NCBI GenBank assembly: GCA_025786725.1
Contig: JAHLTZ010000002.1
Location: 682,001 to 746,000, forward strand
Direction of reading: 5' to 3'
DNA from: Syncephalis fuscata S228
Taxonomy: Eukaryota; Fungi; Zoopagomycota
DNA: 64,000 nt
Below, piece after piece: positions 63,710-64,000 of the stretch (position 1 is its first letter; each line of letters starts with the position of its first letter). Below the pieces are notes generated by a model. It saw only the letters and a program-made list of their open reading frames with translations, had not been told where the DNA came from and searched no databases. The position numbers were made by a program, and so were the translations under genes.

Positions 63710-64000
63710 ATAATAAATAGGATTATCGTAATAAATGAATCAGTTAATTGGCTAATTGCTTAATTAAAGCTATTGTATAAATGAATGGCAATGATTTATT
63801 GTTACTTGATAGAAGAACAAGTAATAAGCAAGGGGGAAAGAAGGCATAGTCGGTATAATGTATAGATAGATAGATATATTGAGAAAGATGATTATTAGTA
63901 GGATAATAATAGTGCCATCTTATATAGTAGATAGCCGATATAGTCATCCAAAAACAAAACAAAGACAAGCTTATAGATTTGAGCTAAAATGTAGCCTTGT

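Noticed and set aside
1-64000. CRISPR arrays, rRNA, canonical tRNA, U12-type introns, selenocysteine machinery
   Set aside because: No repeat-spacer arrays, canonical cloverleafs, GTATCCTT/ATATCCTT donors at real junctions, or in-frame UGA with SECIS were seen by eye

Overview
Eukaryotic, AT-rich, gene-dense DNA with short GT-AG introns, from an early-diverging fungus. Gene style suggests Zoopagomycota (Syncephalis-like), but that is inference. About 20 protein genes are recognisable: a secreted PFG/His-rich protein, MCT1, CWC27, SNU23, a GPI-type chitin deacetylase, a DH-PH RhoGEF-like protein, two convergent OSCA/TMEM63 channels, CCZ1, a Gbp2/Hrb1-like RRM protein, a small secreted protein, ASCC1, ERG8, a NuiA-family nuclease inhibitor, an NIS (rhizoferrin-type) siderophore synthetase, a G-patch protein, a COX7-like subunit, a Cdh1/Cdc20-family protein and EFM7/NNT1. 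There is also a U2 snRNA gene. Features outside the ORF track: (1) a ~1 kb TIR-bounded, TA-flanked element (8376-9399) with a decayed Fanzor/TnpB RuvC-zinc-finger C-terminus and a candidate omega-RNA at its right end, plus a second left-end remnant at 53419; (2) a near-identical 781-bp inverted repeat (24234-25014 / 32374-33154) enclosing three genes between the two OSCA paralogs; (3) a near-identical ~1.07-kb direct repeat (40466-41531 / 53679-54742) bracketing ERG8, NuiA, U2, the NIS synthetase and the G-patch gene; (4) a cluster of SreA-type ATCWGATAA sites upstream of the siderophore synthetase; (5) a 271-bp SINE/LINE-tail insertion with a perfect 18-bp TSD; (6) a structured ncRNA candidate beside U2. 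Several single-base frameshifts in otherwise intact genes are probably sequencing errors. All identifications were made by eye from motifs; no database search was run.
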